NCBI GenBank assembly: GCA_965242725.1
Contig: CBDESZ010000007.1
Location: 1-64,000 of the forward strand
Reading direction: 5' to 3'
DNA length: 64,000 nt
Origin: Alkalispirochaeta sp.
GTDB taxonomy: Bacteria > Spirochaetota > Spirochaetia > DSM-27196 > Alkalispirochaetaceae
Shown: positions 9,855 through 19,618 of the stretch, piece by piece
Layout: every line of letters begins with the position of its first letter
Position numbering within the stretch: position 1 is the stretch's first letter
Made by a program: the position numbers and the translations under genes
Notes under the pieces: generated by a model
What the model was told of the DNA's origin: nothing
Seen by the model: only the letters and a program-made list of their open reading frames with translations
Databases searched by the model: none

Positions 9855-11632
9855 CGGTAAGGCTCCTCTCCGGTGTCCGCCTCGGCGGCGGCGCGCTGCT
9901 GATGCCAGGTGCGTCGGTAGAGGTCGTTCCGGGTGAGGAGGACTTCATGGGATTCCATGTCCTGCACCGTTCCGTCGTTCAGCACGATGATGCGGTCTGC
10001 CAGGGAGAGGGTGGTGAGGCGCTGTCCCACGATGATCGTCGTCCGGTCATGCATGAGACGGCGGAGCTGATCCTGGATGTGCCGTTCCGTCGCCGCGTCA
10101 AGGCTTGATGTGCAGTCGTCGAGGATAAGTATGCGCGGATCCTGAACAATCGTCCTGGCAATGGCGATCCGCTGCCGCTGCCCTCCTGACAAACCGACGC
10201 CGTGTTCACCGATCATCGTCTCGTACCCGTCGGGCAGCGTCGTTATGAAATCGTGGATCTCCGCGGCCCGGGCGGCGGCGACTATGGTCTCCTCATCGGC
10301 GTCGGGCCTGCCGAATCCGATATTCTCCCTGATGGTGGCGGAAAAGAGAAAGGTCTCCTGCAATACCGTGCCCACCTGGCTGCGCAGAGTCTGGAGCTCC
10401 CACTCTTCTATGGGTATGCCGTCTATGGATATGGAGCCCTCCGTGGGGAGATAGAACCGGGGAATGAGGGATATGAGGCTGCTCTTGCCCGATCCGGTAA
10501 GGCCGAAGAGACCGATGTGGCTGCCCGGCTCCATGTGGAGATTCACGTCTTCAAGCACGCACGGCCCGTCCTTGTAGCGGAATGAGACGTGGTGAAAGGT
10601 CAGTGCCCCGGAGATACGGGTGCGCCGGGCTCCCCGGTCGTGGCGCAGCTGGTCCGGCCGGTCGAGGATTTCCGTAATCCTCCCGGCGGCGGCGCGGGCG
10701 AGGTTCACCATCGCCGTGTTGAAGGCGAGTATCCGCAAGGGAAAGCCCATGATGCCCAGATAGGTGACAAAGGCGACGAGGGTTCCAAGCTGGGTCGTGC
10801 CGTTGACAACCTGCACGCCCCCGACGGCGAGGAGCACGGCGGCGCCGACGCCCTCGGTGACAAGGAGTATGGGGTTGAGATACGCCTGGGGCAGCGCCGC
10901 CTCAAGATCGCGCTCAAGCATCGCCCGATTCTCCCCGTCAAAGCGGGAGATCTCCGTCTCTTCAACGGCAAATGCCTTGATGACTCTGATTCCCGTGACG
11001 CTTTCCTGGAGGCGGCTGTTCAACCGCCCCATTTGCCGCTGCTGCCGCTGGACGGCGCGGCCCATCCTGTTGCTGTAATAGAGTATCGCCCCCACAAAGA
11101 GGGGTATCACCGTGTAGACCGCCAGGGCGAGGCGCCAGTTGAGCCGTACCATGAGGACAAAGACGGTGGCGGAGATGAGGACGATCCGTATGCGGTGTTC
11201 GATACCGAAGGCAAAGAAGTTCCGAATCAATTGAATATCATAGGTGGCCCGGGACATGAGATCCCCCGTCCGGGAACGGTCGTAGAAGGTCATGTCCAGA
11301 TGCTGAAGCTTGAAGTAGAGGGCGTTTCTGAGATCCCGGACGAGGAGCTCCGCCGCCGCCCAGTAACCGCGGACCATGAGGTGAACCACCACTCCCCGGA
11401 CAAGCGCGGCGGCGAGGAGCGCACCGCCGAAGAGCCAGAGCTGCGGCAGCGCCGACGGATCGGCCGCCACCGCGGGATAGACGTTGTCGGTAATATGCCC
11501 GATCGCAAGGGGGACGCCGTAGGCGATAATATCCACGCACAGCATCGCTACGACGGCGCCGGCGAGGACAGGGGTATAGGGTCGTATGTACGGTGCAAGT
11601 TGCCGAAAGATGGGAAACACGCCGGCAATCAT
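9851..11632 (-). CDS. ABC exporter, fused permease/ATPase (heterodimer subunit with degenerate site)
   Basis: Motifs GLTGSGKS and LSGGQRQ. Walker B is LILDD, with the catalytic Glu replaced by Asp, and the H-switch is replaced by Q (VGQR), as in heterodimeric exporters. Confidence 0.93.
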   Translation of the reverse strand: MIAGVFPIFRQLAPYIRPYTPVLAGAVVAMLCVDIIAYGVPLAIGHITDNVYPAVAADPSALPQLWLFGGALLAAALVRGVVVHLMVRGYWAAAELLVRDLRNALYFKLQHLDMTFYDRSRTGDLMSRATYDIQLIRNFFAFGIEHRIRIVLISATVFVLMVRLNWRLALAVYTVIPLFVGAILYYSNRMGRAVQRQQRQMGRLNSRLQESVTGIRVIKAFAVEETEISRFDGENRAMLERDLEAALPQAYLNPILLVTEGVGAAVLLAVGGVQVVNGTTQLGTLVAFVTYLGIMGFPLRILAFNTAMVNLARAAAGRITEILDRPDQLRHDRGARRTRISGALTFHHVSFRYKDGPCVLEDVNLHMEPGSHIGLFGLTGSGKSSLISLIPRFYLPTEGSISIDGIPIEEWELQTLRSQVGTVLQETFLFSATIRENIGFGRPDADEETIVAAARAAEIHDFITTLPDGYETMIGEHGVGLSGGQRQRIAIARTIVQDPRILILDDCTSSLDAATERHIQDQLRRLMHDRTTIIVGQRLTTLSLADRIIVLNDGTVQDMESHEVLLTRNDLYRRTWHQQRAAAEADTGEEPYR

Positions 11633-11659
11633 ACTCCGGTGGGAAGGTATGGAAAAGTG

Positions 11660-13075
11660 TCAGGAAAGTCCGTAGCGATCCATCTTGTCCCGGAGCGTCT
11701 TTCTCGTAACGCCCAGCTCCCGGGCGGCGGCGGAACGGTTGCCCCCGTTCCGGCGGAGACTCTCGGTGATGAGGGCGCTCTCATAACGCCGGGTGATCGT
11801 CTGCATGCGCCCGGCGAGCGTCTCATGGCCGTCCAGCGGCGGGACTCCCTCGCCCACACCGTCGCCCGAGCCGTTCCCCGGGAACGGCTCGACGCGGCCT
11901 GCTGCGTTCTGTTGAGGCAGAGCGAATACCATTTCTCCCTCGGCGAGAAGGACCGCCTGGTTGACGGCGTTCTTGAGCTCCCGCACGTTGCCCGGCCAGG
12001 GATAGGATTCCATCCAGCGGCGGATGTCCGGGCTGAACGCACGGACCCCCTTGTTGTACCGCCGCGCATAATAGCGGAGAAAGTGGTCCGCCAGGAGCGT
12101 GATGTCTTCAGGGCGCTCCCGCAACGGCGGCAGTTCGAATCGAATGACATTCAATCGATAATAGAGATCCTCCCGGAAGCGGCCGTCGCGAATCCGCTCC
12201 GTGAGGTCGCCGTTTGAGGCGGCGATAACACGGACGTCGACGCGGATGCGCCGGTTGCCGCCGAGGCGCTCAAAGCTGTTTTCCTCCAGAACCCGCAGCA
12301 GCTTTGCCTGGACGTTTACCGACATTTCCGCCACTTCATCGAGAAAGAGCGTCCCCCGGTCGGCAACCTCAAACTTGCCCACCTTCCGTTCCATCGCCCC
12401 CGTGAAGGAGCCGCGTTCATGGCCGAAGAGTTCACTGAGCAACAGCTCTTCGCTCAGGGTGGCGCAATTGATGCCCACAAAGTTCCGCTCTCTCCGGTCA
12501 CCGGTGAAGTGAATGTACTGCGCCAGAACCTCCTTGCCCGTACCGCTCTCTCCGGTGAGCAGAACGGTGGCTTCCGTGTTTTTGATCCGGTCCGCCGTTG
12601 CCAGGAGCTGACGGAGTGCGGGATTGCGCGTCAGAAACTGATCTGAATAGAGGCTGTTCCTGAGTTCTCCCTTCAGGTACCGGTTTTCACAGCGCAGTTC
12701 CCGGAGTTCCAGGTTCTTTTTCACAACCTCAAGGAGGTGGTCGTTCTCCACGGGCTTGAGGATGTAGTCCGCCGCGCCGGACTGCATCGACGTCACCGCC
12801 GTCTCGATGCTTCCGTATCCGGTGATCATGATCACCACCAGATCGGGATCGAAGCTCCTCAACCGTCCCAGAAGTTCAAGTCCGCCCTGTCCGTTGCGCA
12901 ACCGTATATCCACGATGGCGGCGTCGAGCTCGTGTTCCCTGAGGAGGCCTACCGCATCTTCGGGATCCGGTGTCGTAAGGACGCGATAGCCGTTCCGGGA
13001 AAAGAGGCGGGTGAGCCCGATTCTGATTCCTTCCTCGTCGTCTACGATCAGGACGCCCGGACCGTATTCAGCCAT
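11660..13075 (-). CDS. Sigma54-dependent response regulator (NtrC family)
   Basis: Receiver domain (VDDE), AAA+ motifs GESGTGKE, GSFTGA, FREDLYYRL and WPGNVREL, and a C-terminal Fis-like HTH. Confidence 0.95.
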   Translation of the reverse strand: MAEYGPGVLIVDDEEGIRIGLTRLFSRNGYRVLTTPDPEDAVGLLREHELDAAIVDIRLRNGQGGLELLGRLRSFDPDLVVIMITGYGSIETAVTSMQSGAADYILKPVENDHLLEVVKKNLELRELRCENRYLKGELRNSLYSDQFLTRNPALRQLLATADRIKNTEATVLLTGESGTGKEVLAQYIHFTGDRRERNFVGINCATLSEELLLSELFGHERGSFTGAMERKVGKFEVADRGTLFLDEVAEMSVNVQAKLLRVLEENSFERLGGNRRIRVDVRVIAASNGDLTERIRDGRFREDLYYRLNVIRFELPPLRERPEDITLLADHFLRYYARRYNKGVRAFSPDIRRWMESYPWPGNVRELKNAVNQAVLLAEGEMVFALPQQNAAGRVEPFPGNGSGDGVGEGVPPLDGHETLAGRMQTITRRYESALITESLRRNGGNRSAAARELGVTRKTLRDKMDRYGLS

Positions 13076-15197
13076 GAATCACCACTTCCTTTGCCGGCTG
13101 GGGCAGGAATAGTTCCACCGTCGTCCCCTCCCCTTCGCGGCTTTCCACATCGACGGTGCCGCCGTATTCGGTGATGATGCCATAGACCACCGAGAGTCCG
13201 AGACCGGTTCCCCTTCCATTGGGCTTCGTCGTGAAAAAGGGGTCGAATATCCGGGAACGATATTCATCGGGAATACCCGATCCGTTGTCACGTACCCGCA
13301 AGACGACACCGCCCGATGTGACGGCCGTCTCCACGACGATTTGACCGTTCCGCTCTATCGCCTGGGAGGCGTTTATGAGGAGATTCATGAGGATTTGTCG
13401 CAACTCATCACTCCCTATCGCCACCGGGAGCGCCTCCGCGTCTCCGGCAACGACGATTTCAACGGTCCGGCTCTGTTCCATATAGGAGCGCAAGAGCTCC
13501 GTCGTCTCCCTGATGACACGGGCGGCGTCACAGGATGAGTCGTTTTCGCGGTCGGCGGTGGCAAAGTCCAGCAGATTGCGAATGATTCCGGCTATGCGCC
13601 GCGTCTCCTGATCGATGAGGGTGAGTGTGGCGCCCTGTTCGGGATCCTCGTTTTCGGAGATCAGATTCTGCACGTTGGTGGTAATCGAGCTCAGGGGATT
13701 GTTGATTTCATGGGCAACGCCGGCGGAGAGGAGACTGATGGAGGCGATCTTTTCCGCCCGGTACATTTTGCTCTCAAGGTCGTCCCGAATCGTCACGTCT
13801 TCCACAACCAGCACGCATCCCTCGGTCTGGACCGTTTCAATGTGGGGCGAAAGGGTGTAGAGCTTGACGTCGTAGACGCGGTCACCGGGGTTGCGGATGC
13901 GCTTGCTGAAATGCGGTCGGTCACCCCGAACAACTTCGTGAATACGCCGATACACTTCACCGTCAAGGAACGGGACTTTCAGAGCCGCCAGTTCCCGTCC
14001 GTCTCCCTCGCCGGCGAGCCCCGCAATGGTACGGAACGTCGCATTTGCCTTTTCCACCCGCAGCTCCCGCCCGATAATGGCAATTCCCGCGCCGATTGAG
14101 TGAATGATCGCCTCGTTGTACTCCTTGAGCTGGGTGATCTCCGCAATGTAGCGGTCCATTCGATTGCGATCCTCCTGCAGCTCCGCGGCCATACTGTTGA
14201 ATCCCCGAAAGAGGGCGCTGAACTCATCTCCCCGGGGGGAGTCGAGCTGCGGTTCAAAGACGCCGCGCTTGACCCGCCGCATTCCGGCAATGAGTAGTTG
14301 CGCAGGTCGGCTTAAATAGCGGGAGAAGAAGAGACTGAAAAAGGCGCTCAGGACGGCGGCAATGGTGGAGACGAGAAAGGCCGTTCTGGTGACGAGACGT
14401 ATGCGGTCTGCATATCTCCTGTCGGAGACAAGCGTTGCAAGATAGAGTGTCTCCCCGGTGGGGGCGATCCGTCCGAGGCGTTTGACGGCGGCCCTGAACC
14501 GTTCATCTCCCAGTGCCGTCGGCTCGTGTTCCCGATAGCTGAGCTCCATGTCGCCCAGGGCGAGGGGCGCGGCGATAGCAGGCACGTTGACGCTGCCCCC
14601 GATCGTTGAGGTCGGCGTAGAGAGAATGACCGGCGCGTTGCTGCGGGATGCGATGACCCGGCAGAAGGTATCATCCATATGCTTTGCCACAAAGAGATCA
14701 AGCGCCCGTTCCCCGTCGCCGTAAAGCCGAAACCCTCCCACCATGGCTACCGCGTCGCCGTCGCGGTAATAGCGGATCGTCGGGTGATCCGCGGCAATTG
14801 AAAACGTATCGGGGGCGAGCGTCGCCAGCTGATAGGCGGGGTTGACGACCGCCCGGTTCCAGGACATCGGTTCCTGACGGATGACAAAGTAGTCGAAGCC
14901 GGAGCTGAACAGCCGGCTGCGATAATAGTCCTCCAGCTCAAGGAGGCCCCGGGCGGAGAATGGATCCGCCGTCACCGACAGGGCGCCCTCCTGCTGAATG
15001 GTAATCATCTCTTTCCAGAGGGACCGAATCCAGCCGGTGACCGCGTCGTAGGAGACGGAGGCCTTCTGTGCAAGCTCCAGCCGCGCCTCCTCGCTGTTGG
15101 TGCGGTCGGTGACGCTCGTTACCAGGAAGACCGTCAGCACCGCCTGGAAGAGGATGAGGGCGATAAATGAGTACAAGGACCGATAGAATAGCCGCAT
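13068..15197 (-). CDS. Membrane sensor histidine kinase (periplasmic domain, HAMP, PAS-like, HisKA, HATPase)
   Basis: H-box [10 protein letters not shown]-box [20 protein letters not shown] and GTGLGL. Confidence 0.95.
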   Translation of the reverse strand: MRLFYRSLYSFIALILFQAVLTVFLVTSVTDRTNSEEARLELAQKASVSYDAVTGWIRSLWKEMITIQQEGALSVTADPFSARGLLELEDYYRSRLFSSGFDYFVIRQEPMSWNRAVVNPAYQLATLAPDTFSIAADHPTIRYYRDGDAVAMVGGFRLYGDGERALDLFVAKHMDDTFCRVIASRSNAPVILSTPTSTIGGSVNVPAIAAPLALGDMELSYREHEPTALGDERFRAAVKRLGRIAPTGETLYLATLVSDRRYADRIRLVTRTAFLVSTIAAVLSAFFSLFFSRYLSRPAQLLIAGMRRVKRGVFEPQLDSPRGDEFSALFRGFNSMAAELQEDRNRMDRYIAEITQLKEYNEAIIHSIGAGIAIIGRELRVEKANATFRTIAGLAGEGDGRELAALKVPFLDGEVYRRIHEVVRGDRPHFSKRIRNPGDRVYDVKLYTLSPHIETVQTEGCVLVVEDVTIRDDLESKMYRAEKIASISLLSAGVAHEINNPLSSITTNVQNLISENEDPEQGATLTLIDQETRRIAGIIRNLLDFATADRENDSSCDAARVIRETTELLRSYMEQSRTVEIVVAGDAEALPVAIGSDELRQILMNLLINASQAIERNGQIVVETAVTSGGVVLRVRDNGSGIPDEYRSRIFDPFFTTKPNGRGTGLGLSVVYGIITEYGGTVDVESREGEGTTVELFLPQPAKEVVIHG

Positions 15198-15952
15198 TAA
15201 CTCTCTACAGTTTCAGCTCCTACGATGTATTTGACGATCTCGTCGGAGTTGGTTTCCTCCGCCGTGAGATCGGCGACTTTTGTACCCCGTCGCATGACGA
15301 TAATACGATCCGCGACGGAAAAGACGTCATGGAGCTGATGACTGATAATTATAACACCGAGTCCGTGTTTCTTGAGAGAACGCACAAGGTCGAGGACTTT
15401 CCGCTGTTCCGCAATACCCAGCGCCGCCGTCGGCTCATCCATGATGAGGACCCGGGCGTCCCAGTAAATGGATCGTGATATGGCGACGGCCTGCCGCTGG
15501 CCGCCGGAGAGGGTGCTGATCCGACTCCTGAGAGCGGGGATTTGAATATCCAGCCGCTCCAGGACACCCTTTGCCTCGCCGTGCATATACCCATGGTCTA
15601 GGACGGGAATGAATCCGAGGACTTTCCGCACCGGTTCCCGGCCGAGGAAGATGTTTGCGTAGACGTTGAGATTCTCCGCAAGGGCGAGGTCCTGATAGAT
15701 CGTCTCAATGCCCAGCGTCAGCGCTTCCTTCGGATTTGCCGCGTTCATCGCATTGCCTGAAAAATACATGGACCCCTCGTCGGGGGCGTAGACGCCGGAG
15801 ATCATCTTAATGAGCGTTGATTTTCCGGCGCCGTTGTCTCCGACGATCGCCACCACTTCACCGGCGTCGAGGTGTATCGATACATCGCTGACGGCGGTGA
15901 GTCCGCCGAAGCGCTTGGTAAGATTTTTCACTTCCAGAAGATGACTCATCAC
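15197..15952 (-). CDS. Monosaccharide ABC transporter ATP-binding protein
   Basis: Motifs GDNGAGKS, LSGGQRQ and IMDEPTAALG. Confidence 0.95.
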   Translation of the reverse strand: MMSHLLEVKNLTKRFGGLTAVSDVSIHLDAGEVVAIVGDNGAGKSTLIKMISGVYAPDEGSMYFSGNAMNAANPKEALTLGIETIYQDLALAENLNVYANIFLGREPVRKVLGFIPVLDHGYMHGEAKGVLERLDIQIPALRSRISTLSGGQRQAVAISRSIYWDARVLIMDEPTAALGIAEQRKVLDLVRSLKKHGLGVIIISHQLHDVFSVADRIIVMRRGTKVADLTAEETNSDEIVKYIVGAETVES

Positions 15953-17028
15953 GTTGCCTCCTTGTGTACGCGCTCCGGAAAGAGCTGGTCCATGAGGACC
16001 GCAAAGATCAGGATCAGGCCGACCAGTATATATTTGTCGAAGGTGGGTATCCCCATGATCCGTAATCCCGTCTCCAGTGTCGCTATGATCAGACAGCCGA
16101 GTACGGTGCGCCAGATCGAACCGTGACCGCCGTAGAGACTCGCCCCGCCGATGACCACCGCAGCGATGGAGTCGAGAAGGAGTACCGCCCCCGCGTCGGC
16201 CTTGCCGGTCACGTACTGCAACATATAGACGATCCCCGCAATGCCGGCAAAGAGTGACGAGAGCATGTAAATGGAAACGAGGTGGCGCCGCACCTTGATT
16301 CCCGATCTGATCGCCGCGTCGATGTTGCCGCCGATGGCGTAGGTGTGCTGGCCGTAGCGCGTACGCTTGAGGAGAAATGCAAAGACGGCGACAAAGATGA
16401 AGGTGATGACTACGATATTCGGCACGAGCTCCAGCACCGCCGTCCGCCGGGGAACTTCGGGGCGGGTAAAGAAGGAGATTCCGTAGCCCCGGGCAACATA
16501 CAGAAAATGTCCGTTGCCGATCAGTCCCGCCAGGTGGGGCAGGTTCTTGGCGGGAATACCTTCTATGAGGAGTTCCGAGACGCCGTGGGCGATGCTCAGC
16601 ATGGAAAAGGTCGCGATAAAGGGCGGTACCCTCATGTACGCGACGAGCACCCCGTTCACCAGTCCCGGGATAAGGGCGATGACCATCGTCGCCAGGGCAC
16701 CGACGATAATGGCCACGGGAGCTGCCCAGCCGAGACCGGCGGTAAAATAGACGACGAGCTTGGCGGATACGATGCTCGCGAGGCCCATGACGAAACCGAC
16801 GGACAGGTCGATTCCACCTGTGATGATAACAAAGGTCTCCGCCACGCCAAGGAGGAATGTGGCGGTGCCGAAAAAGAAGATGATCTGCACCCCCCGGGGG
16901 GTGAGAAATCCCGGGGCGATAATCGAGAAGAGCACAAACTCAAGGGCAAGAAAGTAGATGGCCCAGCGGTTTGCAAGGGCCTGCGCTATTGGCGAATGGC
17001 GCCTGAGGGCGCCTGCTGTGTCACTCAC
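15949..17028 (-). CDS. Monosaccharide ABC transporter permease (RbsC family)
   Basis: Motifs GGIDLSVG, PPFIAT and IAAVVIGGASL. Confidence 0.93.
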   Translation of the reverse strand: MSDTAGALRRHSPIAQALANRWAIYFLALEFVLFSIIAPGFLTPRGVQIIFFFGTATFLLGVAETFVIITGGIDLSVGFVMGLASIVSAKLVVYFTAGLGWAAPVAIIVGALATMVIALIPGLVNGVLVAYMRVPPFIATFSMLSIAHGVSELLIEGIPAKNLPHLAGLIGNGHFLYVARGYGISFFTRPEVPRRTAVLELVPNIVVITFIFVAVFAFLLKRTRYGQHTYAIGGNIDAAIRSGIKVRRHLVSIYMLSSLFAGIAGIVYMLQYVTGKADAGAVLLLDSIAAVVIGGASLYGGHGSIWRTVLGCLIIATLETGLRIMGIPTFDKYILVGLILIFAVLMDQLFPERVHKEAT

Positions 17029-17039
17029 GGGTACCCCCT

Positions 17040-18119
17040 CTAAAATAGATCCGGAAAGAGCTCATCGATCACCACCGCCAGAATGAGAATCAGGCCTACC
17101 GCGATAAATCGGTAGAAGGGCTCCACCCCCGACGTGGCGAGGCCGTTTTCAAGGACACCGATAATGAGCACGCCCACGATGGAGCCGGTCAGGCGCCCCT
17201 TGCCTCCCATGAGGCTCGCACCGCCGATGACGACGGCGGCGACGGCAAAGAGCTCGTACATCGCCGAAAAGGGGGTGAAATTGCCGATGCCCGTCTGAAA
17301 GACGTTGAATATCCCCGCAATGCCCGCGAGAAACGCCGAGAGGGTATAAATGAGGATAATGTGCCTCCTCACGGGGATGCCCGCCCGCGTTGCCGCATCC
17401 TTGCTGCCGCCGATTGCGTAGGTGTGCTGACCGAACCTTGTGTGACGCAGCACATACCAGAGCACCAGAAGCAGGAGAAAGACAAATACCGTGGAGTTGG
17501 GAATGAGCCGTACCAGCTCCCGTATCTGTTCCCGCGCCAGCCCCCGGGGCATGACGAACATCGACATGTCACCGGAGGGTTCGATAAAAAAGAGAAAACC
17601 GTTTCCGATCCGCGTAAGCGCCTGGGGAAGAAATCCCACGGGAAACCCCTCCGATATGTGGAGGGTAATCCCGTTGGCAATACCCCACATGCCGAGGGTG
17701 GCGATAAAGGGCGGCACGTTGTACCGGGCGATGAGAATGCCGTTGACCACGCCGGGAATGAGGGCGAGTACCACGGCGACAAGAACGCCCGTCGCGATGG
17801 TGGTACCCACGGGAGTCCCGGCGGCGTGCATGATCTGCATGACCTTTGCGGAACTCACCGAGCACAGACCCATGACAAAACCCACGGAGAGGTCTATTCC
17901 GCCGGAGATGATGACAAAGGTCTCCGCCGCGGCGAGGATGAGAAAGGTCGTAGAAAGATGAAGGGTATTCTGAAAATTGACGAGACTGAAAAAGCCTGAA
18001 CCGGTAACGCTGAAGACGCCGATCAGGATCAGCAGGAAAAAGAACGCCCAATAGCGGGCGATCGTCTCTCCCGTCCGGCCGGGGTGGAAACCCCGCTTCT
18101 GTAACAAACTGTCAGACAC
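17040..18119 (-). CDS. Monosaccharide ABC transporter permease (RbsC family)
   Basis: Motifs GGIDLSVG, PPFIATLG and AAVVIGGASL. The GTG start at 18119 follows a GAGGAGG RBS. Confidence 0.92.
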   Translation of the reverse strand: MSDSLLQKRGFHPGRTGETIARYWAFFFLLILIGVFSVTGSGFFSLVNFQNTLHLSTTFLILAAAETFVIISGGIDLSVGFVMGLCSVSSAKVMQIMHAAGTPVGTTIATGVLVAVVLALIPGVVNGILIARYNVPPFIATLGMWGIANGITLHISEGFPVGFLPQALTRIGNGFLFFIEPSGDMSMFVMPRGLAREQIRELVRLIPNSTVFVFLLLLVLWYVLRHTRFGQHTYAIGGSKDAATRAGIPVRRHIILIYTLSAFLAGIAGIFNVFQTGIGNFTPFSAMYELFAVAAVVIGGASLMGGKGRLTGSIVGVLIIGVLENGLATSGVEPFYRFIAVGLILILAVVIDELFPDLF

Positions 18120-18144
18120 GGTGAGCTCCTCCTCATGCAGCATA

Positions 18145-18248
18145 TACCGACGGGGCGAATTCCGGTGGAAAAGGTCCCGTCGGCACGAGAAATTGTTCGG
18201 CGTGACCGGACGCCCGCCGGCATCCGTCACATTCCGTCACATTCCGTC
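18145..18248. repeat. Intergenic inverted repeat plus 10-bp tandem repeat between the SBP and permease genes
   Basis: CCGACGGG...CCCGTCGG arms at about 18147-18183, and (TCCGTCACAT)x2+TCCGTC at 18223-18248. Confidence 0.55.
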
Positions 18249-19235
18249 TCAGCGACGGTACACGTATTGCTGCATGTCGGGATCGTTGACGTTCTCCTGA
18301 TCAAAGAACTCAAAGCCCGGGATAACCTTGTGGGGGACCTCCGCATCTTCCATGAAGTATTTGTAGCCCCATTCCACGGCGAGGGAGCCGATTTCAGCGG
18401 GCTTCTGCGCCAGGACCAGATCGACCTCCCCTTCCTTGAGGGCGTTGATCAGCGTTTCCGTCGCATCCCACGTCGCGATCTTCACAGCACCGGTGAGACC
18501 GGCGTTGACCACCGCCTGATAGGCACCCTGGGCGCTGAAGACGTTGGTACCGAAGACACCGACGATGTCCGGGTCCGACTGCAGCGCCGTGAGGGTCTGC
18601 TCCATCGCCTTCTGCTGGACGTCCAGGTTGTAGTCAACGGCGACGACACGCATATCGGGAAATTCCGCAACACCGTCACGGAAACCGCGCACCCGATCGG
18701 AGACCGAAGAGACGTCGGGGTTTGTCGTGTTTACGTAGACGTCTCCGCTCTCACCGACCATGGCGGCAAGGTGCTCCGCAACGTTTTTGCCGCCCAGATA
18801 GTTGTCCGTTCCGATGTAGGCGAGGGGAAAGGAGAAATCGCTCTGTCGGGAATAGTCCCCGTCGCCGAGGAAGGTATCCACCGTAATGATCTCAATACCC
18901 TGATCGTGGAGCTTCTTCAACGGAGCGATGAGGGCGTCCACGGAGGTCGGCGCGATGAGAATCGCGTCGATACCGCCCCGCGCGGCGGTCGCTTCCAGAA
19001 TGGGCACCTGCGCCTCAGGGCCCCAGGACTTGGGGTACTCCGCGACGATAATATTGACACCAAGCTCCTCCGCTTTCTCCTGGATACCCCGCTCCATGGT
19101 GAAATAGAACGGATCGGCGATACCCGGTACGAAGGCAAAGGTAAGCTCTTCACCTGCCGCCTCGCGCTGACCGGAACCGAAGGCCGGCAGTGCGAGCAGA
19201 GACAGCGCAACACACACAAACAGTACCTTTTTCAT
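18249..19235 (-). CDS. Sugar ABC transporter substrate-binding protein (RbsB-like)
   Basis: Signal peptide followed by FGSGQRE. Motifs DPFYFTM, YIGTDNYLGG and AQKPAEIG fit a type I periplasmic binding fold. Confidence 0.93.
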   Translation of the reverse strand: MKKVLFVCVALSLLALPAFGSGQREAAGEELTFAFVPGIADPFYFTMERGIQEKAEELGVNIIVAEYPKSWGPEAQVPILEATAARGGIDAILIAPTSVDALIAPLKKLHDQGIEIITVDTFLGDGDYSRQSDFSFPLAYIGTDNYLGGKNVAEHLAAMVGESGDVYVNTTNPDVSSVSDRVRGFRDGVAEFPDMRVVAVDYNLDVQQKAMEQTLTALQSDPDIVGVFGTNVFSAQGAYQAVVNAGLTGAVKIATWDATETLINALKEGEVDLVLAQKPAEIGSLAVEWGYKYFMEDAEVPHKVIPGFEFFDQENVNDPDMQQYVYRR

Positions 19236-19268
19236 GGCACCCTCCTTATAGGATAGTTAGTTTTGCAC

Positions 19269-19285
19269 AGCAATTTCCGTGCCGA
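19269..19285 (-). promoter_or_regulatory. Sigma54 (-24/-12) promoter of the sugar ABC operon
   Basis: The minus strand reads TCGGCACGGAAATTGCT, with correct GG-N10-GC spacing and a near-consensus match to TGGCACG-N4-TTGCW. It lies about 35 bp upstream of the ATG, and a bEBP gene is in the same operon. Confidence 0.85.
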
Positions 19286-19618
19286 AATGTCGGACCGGTC
19301 GCTACAGGATTGTGGAAACGCGGGATCGGTCACACGGATATGTCACAAGTCCCTGCAATATAGATATTTATATGGATTCTCCGGCGCAGCCGCGCGGAAA
19401 CGGTCTCATCCTGGGAGTGCCTGTTTACCTGCCGACGACCGGACCGGCGTGGCAGAAGGAGTGGAGACACCGATGGAAACAGGGTCAAAATGGATAGCCG
19501 GCTATACGGTGGGTGTATAGACGGGTATCCACGTGAGCGCCGAAACTCCGACAGGACGCATAGACCGTACGAAACTTTTCAGTTGCAGAATCGAAATTCC
19601 CAACATAGTATATTTTAT

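Noticed and set aside
10589..12217. Long opposite-strand ORFs (this one, and also 8682..9842, 18135..19256, 25625..27025, 39401..40432, 62307..63851)
   Set aside because: They are antisense shadows of well-supported genes in GC-rich DNA and carry no recognisable motifs.
18181..18197. Sigma54-like CGGCACGAGAAATTG
   Set aside because: No -12 GC at the right spacing, antisense to the operon, and part of a hairpin arm.
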